Numbered from the stretch's first letter, positions 1 through 9,377 are shown. The stretch is 64,000 bases of DNA from an uncultured cyanobacterium (GCA_963719515.1 CAVRCJ010000005.1:128001-192000), one strand, 5' to 3'. The notes: generated by a model not told the origin, from the letters alone. Program-made: numbers and translations.

Positions 1-621
1 ACGGGCCACCACCTGCCGCTCCCGGTTCCCCGCAACATCTTCCACAGCTACCTGCGCCGCTGGAACGACCTCTCAGGGCAGCCCCCCGTAGACCAGGGCG
101 AATTCCTAAACTGGCTCGACGACCACCTCGTCATTCAGCGTCACGGGGTGCGATCGCTCAAAGTCGCCGCAGGGAAACGAGGATCCGTCACCGGGTTCAT
201 CGGGGCCATTGAAGTCAGCCTCACCGGACCCTCCTCAACGCGCCCCGAGTTTGTGCAGCTGTTTTGCACCTTGGGTCAGTTCGCTCCCTACTGCGGCACC
301 GGCCACAAAACCCCCTTTGGCCTCGGTCAAACCCACCTCGGCTGGACCTCCCCCGACCGCACCGATGCCGCCGTGGCCGACCCCGCCACCCAAACCCCAC
401 AGCTCTTAGCCCAGCGCATCGACGATCTGACCGCCCGCTTCATGGCCCAGCGCAAGCGACAGGGCGGCGATCGCGCCCGTGTCGCTGCGGAAACTTGGGC
501 CACCTGTCTGGCACGGCGGGAGTTTGGCGAGTCCCTGATGGATATCGCTGAGGATATGGGACTGAAGCACGACACCGTAAAGAGCTACGTGAAGCGGGCG
601 CGGCAATCTTTGAGGGAGTAG
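1..621 (+). CDS. cas6: CRISPR-associated endoribonuclease Cas6, 5'-partial, with C-terminal HTH-like extension
   Basis: Frame 1 is open from base 1 (TGHHLPLPVPRNIFHSYLRRWN...). Has the Cas6 glycine-rich loop YCGTGHKTPFGLG, then ~70 aa ending GESLMDIAEDMGLKHDTVKSYVKRAR (HTH-like). Confidence 0.85.
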   Translation, partial: TGHHLPLPVPRNIFHSYLRRWNDLSGQPPVDQGEFLNWLDDHLVIQRHGVRSLKVAAGKRGSVTGFIGAIEVSLTGPSSTRPEFVQLFCTLGQFAPYCGTGHKTPFGLGQTHLGWTSPDRTDAAVADPATQTPQLLAQRIDDLTARFMAQRKRQGGDRARVAAETWATCLARREFGESLMDIAEDMGLKHDTVKSYVKRARQSLRE

Positions 622-868
622 CGATCGCTGCACGACGACGCTCTCTTCAAGCAGCAAAAGCTGCTGGGGATGATTTGCCAATATGACCCAAAGACTCAAT
701 TTTTGTACAGGTCAGGCAATATGGTGCAGTGAAGTTTGTTGCCGATATCTGCTGTGCCAGCAGTAGTTTTGGCTCATGGATGAGTAGGCCACTCCGGGCT
801 AGTTGAATGCCAAACTGCCAGTTTGAGCTAGGTTGCCAGGGTGAGGTGACCCGTGCCAGATGTTACAC

Positions 869-1317
869 GTGACATACTCCCGACGCTCATCTTTTAGATA
901 GAGCGCGGGCTTCTTGGCTCACGCACCACAATTTAATGGATGCCGCGCAAGAAGGTGTCCTGCTTCATCTGGTCCTGTCTAGTTACGCAGCAAGCCGTGC
1001 AACCCCGATTAGATCCCATCGACAGGCGATTTGTTTAATGTCCAGGCAATGACCAACCCCAGACAGTGACGAGTATTCAATTTCCAGCTACGGTTTCTAC
1101 CGTCTGCACTGTTCACCAGCCAAGGGCTGTACGTTTGTGTCACGATAGCAGGCCGCCGCCATGAAATAGTTTGAGCTTGGTTCAATTGTACCCTTTGCTC
1201 GCCTCGGCGCTGCCCTTAATTGCCGCCTTCGGCATCCAGTCAAGGGCGCACCTCGACTCGCTCGCTTACATCCCGACGCTGATGCTGCGCATACAGCGCG
1301 GGGCTTTCACGAACTAG
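869..1317 (-). mobile_element. Non-autonomous IS200/IS605 mini-element A (449 bp, no transposase or TnpB ORF)
   Basis: Subterminal hairpins CCC(C)GCGCT..AGCGTCGGG at both ends. Minus strand starts after TTAG with CTAG and ends GTCAC, as in the element at 6103-6494. Confidence 0.8.
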
Positions 1318-1494
1318 CTAAAAAACTAGGATAGACCGCAAGGCTTTGTTGGCTTGCCTCAACCACTATAGTAATAGCGCTGTACTCAGTTAACACACCG
1401 CTCTGGAACCGCTGACGATTTAGCACATTTGTGCGTAACGTGCCTGTACGCTGTCCCGTCAGCCCTCTTGCATAACCTATGGAGACGCATCCCA

Positions 1495-2472
1495 ATGCTA
1501 ACGATATCAGCATCGGCTATCTTGGCCAGCGCGGCAGTAATCACGTCCAGCCTGACGGGCATAGAGCTACCGGCTCAACAGCAAAATAGTCCGAATCTAT
1601 CGAGACCAGAAACACCGCTACAACTTGCAGATAGACCACTACAAGTTACCCTGCGGCAACCCGCTCGTTCTGGCTTGTTGACGGCAAAAAATACGGGCAG
1701 CTGGATCAATATCCGAGCCCAGCCTACTGTTCGATCGGAGGTTCGAGGTTATGGCTTTACTGGAGAAGAAGTCAATATCCTACAGGACACGGCTGGTCTA
1801 TATGATAGGTATCGATGGTACCTCGTTCAGTTTCCTGGGGAGCAAATGCAGGGCTGGATCAGGGAAGACTTGATTCACGAGCAAGCGGCATCGCCGCGAG
1901 AGTTACAGGAGCTGCCAATCGCTAGTTCACCTGTAACAGACATACAGGAAATCGCCATGGTTCCGGCACCTCGCGCAGCTTCAGGCTATACCCCCGAAGA
2001 AATTAGCTACTTTACGGAGATTGCTCTGGGCAGTGAATTTGGCGGGGGTAGTCAGCGAATTCGTAAGTGGGGCGAAGACATTAGAATTCGCGTCCACGGC
2101 ACGCCGACAGGTCGCGATCGCACCGAGCTCGCGAGCATCGTAGGTGAACTCGACCAGCTTCTGAGCCATAGCTCAGGGGATGGGATTAATGTTGAAGTGA
2201 TGAGCGATCGCGATACGCGCAGGGCCAACGTTGACATTTACTTTGTACCCCACCGAGAGTTTCGTCGCTATGAGCCCAACTACCAGCCAGGGAATCTAGG
2301 GTTTGCCTATGCCAACTGGAGCCAAGATAAAATCTATCGGGCCCGCATTCTGATTACGACAACAGGGGTATCTCAAGCTGAGCGATCGCACCTGATTCGA
2401 GAAGAACTGACCCAGTCTTTGGGGCTATTGCAAGACTCCTTTCGCCACGAGGACAGTATCTTCTACCCTTAG
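1495..2472 (+). CDS. Secreted SH3-like + DUF2927-type (zincin-like) protein, C-terminally truncated by a MITE
   Basis: Signal-like N-terminus, INIRAQPT...WYLV...GWIRED (SH3b) and HLIREELTQSLGL motif. The stop codon lies in the MITE left end. Confidence 0.7.
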   Translation: MLTISASAILASAAVITSSLTGIELPAQQQNSPNLSRPETPLQLADRPLQVTLRQPARSGLLTAKNTGSWINIRAQPTVRSEVRGYGFTGEEVNILQDTAGLYDRYRWYLVQFPGEQMQGWIREDLIHEQAASPRELQELPIASSPVTDIQEIAMVPAPRAASGYTPEEISYFTEIALGSEFGGGSQRIRKWGEDIRIRVHGTPTGRDRTELASIVGELDQLLSHSSGDGINVEVMSDRDTRRANVDIYFVPHREFRRYEPNYQPGNLGFAYANWSQDKIYRARILITTTGVSQAERSHLIREELTQSLGLLQDSFRHEDSIFYP

Positions 2473-2659
2473 TGGTGCAGAGAACTCCTGAAAGCATTGG
2501 TACTAAAGGATTTCGCCGAAAACGACAATTTCCGCAGTTCAGGGCAAATTGAGGCAATTCCCCACGTATTTGCGTGGTTTGAGAGTACGTATCTGAGCTT
2601 TTCCAGCCTTTCTATGAGAATCAATACTCTCTGGCCGAGATTTTTGCACCACCAAGGGT
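2465..2659. mobile_element. 195-bp MITE with terminal inverted repeats
   Basis: ACCCTTAGTGGTGCAGAGA ... TTTTTGCACCACCAAGGGT; interrupts the upstream ORF. Confidence 0.65.
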
Positions 2660-2845
2660 GATCGTAGAAGGTTTAAATCTGGCCCGGTTTGGGAGTAATC
2701 TGAGTCGCCAAGGTGCGGTTGGCGTTGCTACGGCGGGGCTGGAAGACATGTTCCTGGAGTTACAGAGCGATGTAGCTAGCACAGTATGAGGCTGTGCCAG
2801 TGATGACTCATGAGTCGACTTGCAGAATATCCTCTGTCTGCCCGC

Positions 2846-3442
2846 TCAACTTGATGCGTTGATTTTGACGCCTTCATAGATATCCGCAGCAGCTAATTTT
2901 AAATCACCCGTTTGCAGTTCTATGGTTGCATCTAGACCCTGATAAGTCTGTAAAAACCATTGATCTTGAGCAGTTCGCTGATAACAATCAATCACAGCCT
3001 CAGTTTGACTGACCAGCACATATTTAGAAAAGCTGGGAATCGAGCGATAGTATCGAAACTTATCTCCTCGGTCGTAGGCCTCAGTTGAGGATGATAACAC
3101 CTCGACAATTAGGCAAGGATTAAGGATTTCGTCGCGTCGATCGTCATGCAGTTCAGGTTCGCCTTGAATCACGCTAATGTCTGGATAAACGCCTCGTCGA
3201 TACTGCGGAATCCAAGTCCGCAGATCACTATTGTAGGGTTTGAAGTGAGTTCCTTGAAATGCCAAAGCAAGGCAGAGATAAAGATTACCCGCAATGCAGC
3301 TATGTTCAAGGGTTCCGCCCGTCATAGCAATGATTTTTCCATCATGATACTCATGCCGTTCTGTTGCGGCTTCTTCAAGCAATCTATATTCCGGTAGTGT
3401 AACTTTCGGAGTGAGTAGCTGAGAGCCAAGAGGTGCAGTCAT
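2846..3442 (-). CDS. Uma2 family (PD-(D/E)xK) endonuclease
   Basis: RHEYHDGKIIAMTGG, YPDISV, LIVEVLSSSTEAYDRGDKF motifs. Confidence 0.9.
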   Translation of the reverse strand: MTAPLGSQLLTPKVTLPEYRLLEEAATERHEYHDGKIIAMTGGTLEHSCIAGNLYLCLALAFQGTHFKPYNSDLRTWIPQYRRGVYPDISVIQGEPELHDDRRDEILNPCLIVEVLSSSTEAYDRGDKFRYYRSIPSFSKYVLVSQTEAVIDCYQRTAQDQWFLQTYQGLDATIELQTGDLKLAAADIYEGVKINASS

Positions 3443-3499
3443 GGCACGGTTGGAGGTTGATGAGGTTGTGACTGTAGGATTAGCTTTTATTGTACTCGT

Positions 3500-3623
3500 C
3501 AATAGTCCGGACACTTTTCTGGGCAAGCGCTGAAACTATTGATTTCTCGTTAGCCGAGCTGCTGTAGAAGAGGCCTGAAACCCGCATTCCACTGTTAGCC
3601 ACCGAAAACTGTCCGGAGTGTTG
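3500..3623. mobile_element. 124-bp MITE with TIRs and 4-bp target duplication TCGT
   Basis: TCGT|CAATAGTCCGGACACTTTTC ... GAAAACTGTCCGGAGTGTTG|TCGT. Confidence 0.7.
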
Positions 3624-4387
3624 TCGTGGGAGACACTGTCAATACCCAAAAACTCAGGCGGCCCCGCCATGCGGCCCCGCCAGTTCAGATCGTCATACAT
3701 CTGTGTCGAAACGGCATTCAGCAGATCCAGTATCGTCTTGGGGTTTGTTTCATAGGCTACGGCGATCGTAAAGTCCACTCGCGACCACGACCGCGTCAGG
3801 TTCTTTACCTCAGAGATAGCGCTGTTGGGAATTGTGATCAGCTGCCCTTCGCCGTCACGGAGTTGAGTGATGCGCAGGTTCAAGCTCTCTACAAACCCAC
3901 CCACATCCCCAATACTAATCACATTCCCCTCGGCAAACTGATCCTCTAGGAGAATAAAGCAGCCGTTGATGAAGTCTTTGACTAAGCTTTGGGAGCCAAA
4001 TGAAATCGCGAAGCCAATCACCGCGCTACCTGCCAAAATAGACGCCGTGGAAACGCCCATAAAATTGAGCATCAGAATTATGCCCAAACCCACAAAAAGA
4101 ATGGTGGTCAGATCTTCCAGTACTCCTGAAATTGTCGAGATTCTTAGCGCCCGGCGTTTCGCTTCTCCTAAAGAAATAAAGCTGTAGTCTTCCCAGTTAT
4201 TCGCGGCACTGTTGATTAGTCCGTGGCCAATACGAATCGCCAGGCTCACCCCAAACCCGACGAGTAAAAGCTCAATGGGCAGTCCAAGGAGCCAGTTCCT
4301 GCCAACGCGCCATATGGCAACATTTGAGGTAACCCAGATTGCTCCACCTTGACGTACTCCCCGCCCTGAAGAGCGGGGATTCTGGAA

Positions 4388-5512
4388 TCAAGCAGCGATC
4401 GCAGGCTGAGCCTGTCTGACATCGCCTAGCCCACGGGTTGACGCCCCAACCCGTTGAATGTTTATTGCAGCATTCAAGTCTCGATCGTGATGTTCGTTGC
4501 AAATAGGGCAATCCCACTGCCGTTGTTTTAGATCTAACTCCTTCAGTACGTGCCCACAACAGCTACAAGTTTTAGAGCTGGGATACCACTGGTCGATGAA
4601 TGCTACGGTCTTGCCTTTTTTCTTTGCCACCCACTGAAGGATTTCGAGAAATTCAGCTAGGGCTAGGTCCGATATCTTCCGGCCCCATAGCCGCTGCATC
4701 CCTTTCAGGTTCAGCGTCTCAAAGTAGAGCGCATCGTAGGTATCGGTTAGCCGGTGGGCAAGCTTCCAAAACCAATCTCGTCGCCTATTGGCTATGGCCT
4801 CATGGCAGCGAGCTAGATTTAGTCTTGCCCTGTGCCAGTTTGCCGACTTTTTTCGCTTGCGCGATAGGTTGCGGCTAGCTCGGCAAAGGTCTTTGAGCGA
4901 TGCTTTCAGGAATTCAGGAGACTCGATTTGAGTACCATCTGACAAAGTGAGAAACGTCTTCAGTCCAAAATCAGCACCAGCGGTTTTACCCGTCTCGATG
5001 CCTTGAACTGGTTCAGCTTCCTGGTCCACCACAACGGCTAAAAACAGCTCACCCAAAGGCGATCGCTTCACCGTGACGGTCTTAACCTTGCCCTCTATCT
5101 CCCTTGAATTCCAATACTGGTAGACCCTGCTGCCTATCTTGATACGACCACCATTGAGCAGCTTGTATCCCGCCTGTTTTAGGGTGAACGACTTGTATCG
5201 CCTTACCTTCTGAAAGCTAGGCGGCCTATAGCCTTTGCCGTGATGCTTAAAGAACAGCTGGTATGCCTTTTCAATTCGCTGGCAGATGTCCTGCACAGCC
5301 TGAGACCCCACCAACTGCCAAAACGGATTGCGCCTCCGTAGCTTGGCAATATGAGACTGAAGTTTAGAGCAATTGAGGTGTTTGCCCCACATACGGTAGT
5401 ACCGTTTGTGGAGAGCAATGCAGTGGTTCCAAATCACCCCAGCAGCATTAATAGTGCGCTTTAGGTGCCGGTTCCGCTTGTGCTCGTATATCTTAAACTT
5501 CAATGTTCTCAT
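4388..5512 (-). CDS. tnpB: RNA-guided endonuclease TnpB (intact)
   Basis: RuvC motifs GADFG, FETLN, DRDLNAAINI and zinc ribbon CSCCG...CPIC; start MRTLKFKIY. Confidence 0.93.
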   Translation of the reverse strand: MRTLKFKIYEHKRNRHLKRTINAAGVIWNHCIALHKRYYRMWGKHLNCSKLQSHIAKLRRRNPFWQLVGSQAVQDICQRIEKAYQLFFKHHGKGYRPPSFQKVRRYKSFTLKQAGYKLLNGGRIKIGSRVYQYWNSREIEGKVKTVTVKRSPLGELFLAVVVDQEAEPVQGIETGKTAGADFGLKTFLTLSDGTQIESPEFLKASLKDLCRASRNLSRKRKKSANWHRARLNLARCHEAIANRRRDWFWKLAHRLTDTYDALYFETLNLKGMQRLWGRKISDLALAEFLEILQWVAKKKGKTVAFIDQWYPSSKTCSCCGHVLKELDLKQRQWDCPICNEHHDRDLNAAINIQRVGASTRGLGDVRQAQPAIAA

Positions 5513-5555
5513 ACTGTTTATGTTAGCATAGATGCGTAGGCATTGTGTAGGCAGT

Positions 5556-5696
5556 ATGGCAAAAGGACAGCTTAATTTAAGAGTCTCTATTAAAAGATTG
5601 CAAAAGCTTAGGGCGATTGCAAAAGAGAGGGACAAGACCATGACTCAACTGGTAGAAGATTGGATAGATCGCCTACATTTAGAGAAGCCGTCCTGA
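5556..5696 (+). CDS. 46-aa ribbon-helix-helix (CopG-like) protein divergent from tnpB; not in the ORF track
   Basis: MAKGQLNLRVSIKRLQKLRAIAKERDKTMTQLVEDWIDRLHLEKPS: alternating beta strand plus two helices. Its stop lies in the IS left-end hairpin. Confidence 0.7.
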   Translation: MAKGQLNLRVSIKRLQKLRAIAKERDKTMTQLVEDWIDRLHLEKPS

Positions 5697-6102
5697 AGGA
5701 CGGGGCTTTAGACCCATGATTTTTGGTAAAGAACTATCACCAAGAGCCAGAACACAGACCAGCGTAAAAAGCGATTGATGCCCAGCCGCCGCTTCAAGGA
5801 AAGCTGATGGTCTAACCCGTCGAGGAAGCGCGATCGCAGCTCGACCAAGCGCTCCTGCCAACCCTCTATTTCGTTTTCGCCTGTCCCGTTTTCGTCACCG
5901 TGATCACGTTCGACGACGGGCATCGACGGTGCCTCTTGGGCATCGAGTAGAATAGCAGCCTGCTCGGCCTCACGGCGCTGCAGCACTTTCCGGCGGCGTC
6001 TGAGGAGCCAGTGTAGCCACAGCAATGCAGCGGAAATAGCAGCCATTCCCGCAAAGATTCCGCTGGCTCGCAGTATCTGGGGGGTAATCTGATCTCTGGC
6101 TT

Positions 6103-6494
6103 GTGACATCCTCCCGACGCTGACAGCAAGCTGTACAGCGCGGGCTTCCTCAGTGACTCCCAGCTATTGCCGAGACATATCCTGAGATAGGTTTATACTC
6201 CGCCTGATGCCCCACGGCAGAGTTTTGAATTTTCATCTCCGCGAGGGAGGATACGCACTATGTGTCGCAGATACATTTGCAAACTGAGGAACGGGTGACT
6301 TGCAGCTTTCGCCTACGGGCCCGTCACACTCTTTGCGGGGTGTATCACCTTGCTATCTCTATCATACCAACTGCTAGCCTCAGCGCTGAGCGCACTATCC
6401 GCTGTGCATCATTTTGCGGGCGCACTTCGGCTAGCGCGACTCTCATCCCGACGCTCACCCTGACGGGTAGAGCGCGGGGCTTCCTGTCTAGTAG
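6103..6494 (-). mobile_element. Non-autonomous IS200/IS605 mini-element B (392 bp), inserted 3' of TTAG inside mscS
   Basis: Same end hairpins as element A; precise removal restores the mscS frame. Confidence 0.88.
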
Positions 6495-7481
6495 CTAAAA
6501 CCTCAGCCAGCTGCTCCTCGGTCACCGCTCGCCAGTCCTCCGCAAGCTCATCAACGGACTGGCCATTAAACCGAGCGTCTAACTCGGTAATTGTGAGAAT
6601 ATTGACGGGTCGCGAGAGGTCATCATTGGTGACTTGAAGAATCGTCGCGCCGTTTAAAACAGAAATCGAGACCTCGGCAGAATCACTATCGGCCAGTCGC
6701 TCTACCGCACGTTTCAGATTAGCTTCAATCAGCTCTGCCCGCAGCTCAACTGGATATCGGTTCTCGTCGTACTCACCGTCGCGGGTATATACCGTAGGCG
6801 CTGCGACTTGAAATAAGTCCTGCCGCAGCAGTGGCGATCGCACTGGGGCGGTTTCAATGCTGCCTAGACGCGTGACGGTGCTGGGCACATCGTGGGGCCG
6901 TGCATCAGTAGCTCCTGGAGCGAGTTGGCCATGAGCAGGGTCCATCGCTCCAGACGTTGTCCAAAACATGAAAGCGACGAGCAGCGCGCGAAGTATAAGC
7001 TTCCGTTTAAAGTGGCGGCGAAACATAAAAAATACGGGTGAAAGTCTTTAAATAGGTCGGCACCTAAGTTGCTTCGCCCGTCACAATACCACAGGACTCA
7101 GCCGGTGACACAGTCAGTCCATCAACGCGCGCGTGAGGAAGCTTACGAAGTCGTGGTTTCAACATTGGAACAGCTGCGCCAAAGCACTGATTGCTGGCAT
7201 TACGATAGAGGCAGCTAGGTTGCTCGAAATTTCTGAAGGCGCTTCTGAGGCGATACCGGATTTTCCGGGAATGGAGGTGGACTTTGAAGTCGAATTCTCA
7301 GCCGTGGGCTTTTCAGGGCAATATGGTGATTGCCAATACCCTGCTTCAGAATGATCATCCAAAGTTCAACTTAGTGCAGTCGCTGGCGCAGCAATCCCAC
7401 CTCCGACGCGGCGATCGCCATGCTGCGACACGATGAGGCGATCGCATTTCTGCTGGCGACCTCGGCCATTCAGCCCTAACT

Positions 7482-8399
7482 ATGTCTAATCTTGCCGCCT
7501 CCCGTCGCCCAAAACTAGCGATTCTGCTGATCACCGCCGCTGCCAGCCTTGGCATCGCTGCTCGGCTCTTTCTTTTAGGGGCAGCAGGGCAACTCATTTT
7601 CGTTCTGACGCGGGTCGTCATGCTCGCCCTACCGCTGGCCTGGTTTATCTGGGTTGATAAAGGCAAGCTCAGCCTGTCGTCCCCCTCAAAGCGACAGTGC
7701 CTAGATGGAGTCATCCTGGGGACCATTATGTTTGGGGTTATTCTTGGAGCCTACGGGCTGGTGGGGCAGCGCTGGATTGACCCGGCTGACGTCCGGCTAA
7801 AAGCAGAGCAGATTGGCCTGGCTCAGCCTCTGCTTTACCTAGCAAGCGCCATATACTTCACGCTCATCAATGCCCTAGTCGAAGAATATATCTGGCGCTG
7901 GTTTCTGTGCCGGCAATGCGCGGCGATCTTTAGCGGCGCTATCGCAATATATTTTGCCTCTCTCTGCTTCACGCTCCACCACATTATTGCCCTGGCTGCC
8001 TATACGGGGTGGCTCGTGGTAGGTGTGGGTTCCCTTGGCGTCTTTGCCGCCGGTGCGATTTGGTCGTGGTGCTATTTGACCTACCGCTCGCTGTGGGTCT
8101 GCTACATCAGTCACCTACTGGCAGATTTGGCGATCGCGCTTGTGGGGTGGCACCTTTTATTTGTTGCAGCCCCCGCCCTCTTGATCCACATTCCGCCCTT
8201 TCAATCCCTGGCTGGCGAGCAAAAGGGTCTAGCAGCGATTTTAAGAAAAATCGGGATGGCGGGATTCGAACCCACGGCCCCTTCGTCCCGAACGAAGTGC
8301 GCTACCAAGCTGCGCCACATCCCGAAGCGCTTGTACGCTTTAGCTTATCATAAGCCCATGGGAACCGCCGCTACCCGCATAAACAGACTGCCAAGATAG
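7482..8399 (+). CDS. CPBP (CAAX/Abi) family intramembrane glutamic endopeptidase; true 3' end uncertain
   Basis: EEYIWRW, FTLHH, SHLLAD motifs and multiple TM segments. The ORF tail runs antisense through the tRNA and is probably spurious after ~8200. Confidence 0.8.
   Translation: MSNLAASRRPKLAILLITAAASLGIAARLFLLGAAGQLIFVLTRVVMLALPLAWFIWVDKGKLSLSSPSKRQCLDGVILGTIMFGVILGAYGLVGQRWIDPADVRLKAEQIGLAQPLLYLASAIYFTLINALVEEYIWRWFLCRQCAAIFSGAIAIYFASLCFTLHHIIALAAYTGWLVVGVGSLGVFAAGAIWSWCYLTYRSLWVCYISHLLADLAIALVGWHLLFVAAPALLIHIPPFQSLAGEQKGLAAILRKIGMAGFEPTAPSSRTKCATKLRHIPKRLYALAYHKPMGTAATRINRLPR
8251..8324 (-). tRNA. tRNA-Pro(CGG)
   Basis: CGGGATGTGGCGCAGCTTGGTAGCGCACTTCGTTCGGGACGAAGGGGCCGTGGGTTCGAATCCCGCCATCCCGA: cloverleaf with anticodon CGG; CCA not encoded. 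Confidence 0.96.
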
Positions 8400-8516
8400 C
8401 TACGCCTTCTCATATGGGCTGAGGCGGTGATATCAACGGCTCAACTTGAGGGCGCAGGGAGCGATCGCTGCCAGACCGGCATCCCCATCGCTCCCACAGC
8501 GCTTAAATCCAGCGGC

Positions 8517-9377
8517 CTACTGCAGGTGCTCTTTTAAGAACGCCGTCGTGCGCTCCCAAGCCAGCTCCGCCGCCTCGGCGTTGTAGCGCGTTCCTGAGGG
8601 GTTGGCGAACGCATGGTTAGCGTCGTCGTAGAAGTAGACCTCTACCGGCTTGCCCAGATCCGTCAGCACCGCTTCAAACTCCCGTACCGTCTCAGGCGAG
8701 GGGTTGCTGTCTAGCATCCCGAAGTGGCCCTGAACCGGCAGCTCCAAGGTCTGGAGGCGATCGCGATCGGTGGTAATGCCGCCGCCATAGTAGATCACCG
8801 CCGCGTCGAGAGACTGGGGAAACAGCAGCGCCGTATTGAGGGACCAGGTGCCGCCGAAGCACCAGCCAATGCTGCCGATGCGAGGAGCCTCAAGCCGGCT
8901 GTCGAGGTAGTCGTAAGCCTGAGCTAGGTTTTGCTCTAGGCGAGTGGGGTCTTCCAAGGCTTTTTGCACCAGCACGCTCGCCTCTTCTCGCGTTTCGGCG
9001 ACCTGGTCATCGTACAGGTCTACCGCTAGCGCGGCGTAGCCCTGGTCCGCGAGCTGGCGGGTCATGGCGCGGATATTATCGTTCAGTCCCCACCATTCCT
9101 GAATGACGATCAGGCCGGGGAGGGGTTCGGCTACATCAGCGGGTTGAGCGAGGTAGCCCGTGAGGGAGGTCCCGTCGATGTCACCGTAGGTGACGGCTGC
9201 GCCTTGAGCTTCGGTAGCCAGGGCCACGGCAGGTGAGGGGACTGGTACGTCGTTTTGGTGCAGCTCTGCAATGGCGCGGGCCTGACGCTGTGCGACTGAA
9301 GGCCCATGGCGAACGGCTCCGATGAGCACGACCAATAGACCCGCGAGGGCAAATCCAAGCAGTTTGCGATTGAACAT
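8517..9377 (-). CDS. Dienelactone hydrolase family protein
   Basis: QEWWGLN, GWCFGG nucleophile motif, ANHAFAN. Confidence 0.9.
   Translation of the reverse strand: MFNRKLLGFALAGLLVVLIGAVRHGPSVAQRQARAIAELHQNDVPVPSPAVALATEAQGAAVTYGDIDGTSLTGYLAQPADVAEPLPGLIVIQEWWGLNDNIRAMTRQLADQGYAALAVDLYDDQVAETREEASVLVQKALEDPTRLEQNLAQAYDYLDSRLEAPRIGSIGWCFGGTWSLNTALLFPQSLDAAVIYYGGGITTDRDRLQTLELPVQGHFGMLDSNPSPETVREFEAVLTDLGKPVEVYFYDDANHAFANPSGTRYNAEAAELAWERTTAFLKEHLQ

Larger units (their letters stand above)
4349..5725 (-). mobile_element. IS200/IS605 (IS1341-type, tnpB-only) element, 1377 bp, inserted 3' of TTAC
   Basis: Left end CAAAAATCATGGGTCTAAAGCCCCGTCCTTCAGGACGG after TTAC. Right end CCCCGCTCTTCAGGGCGGGGAGTACGTCAA. 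No target duplication. Confidence 0.9.
3536..7026 (-). pseudogene. Large MscS-family mechanosensitive channel gene, split by two IS200/IS605 insertions and truncated at a MITE
   Basis: MscS core AISFGSQSLVKDFINGCFILLEDQF...LRITQLRDGEGQLITIPNS. Removing 6103-6494 and 4349-5725 gives one continuous frame (AEVL-E-ARDQ and VLY-GGAIW). Confidence 0.85.

Noticed and set aside
622..1400. CRISPR array expected after cas6
   Set aside because: No direct repeats with spacers; the region holds an IS200/IS605 mini-element.
6262..6498. 78-aa ORF inside mini-element B as a cargo protein
   Set aside because: It runs antisense to the element's promoter, crosses the end hairpin and has no counterpart in element A.
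7133..7354. 73-aa ORF that might be a gene remnant
   Set aside because: No recognisable motif or ribosome-binding site; cannot be supported without a search.
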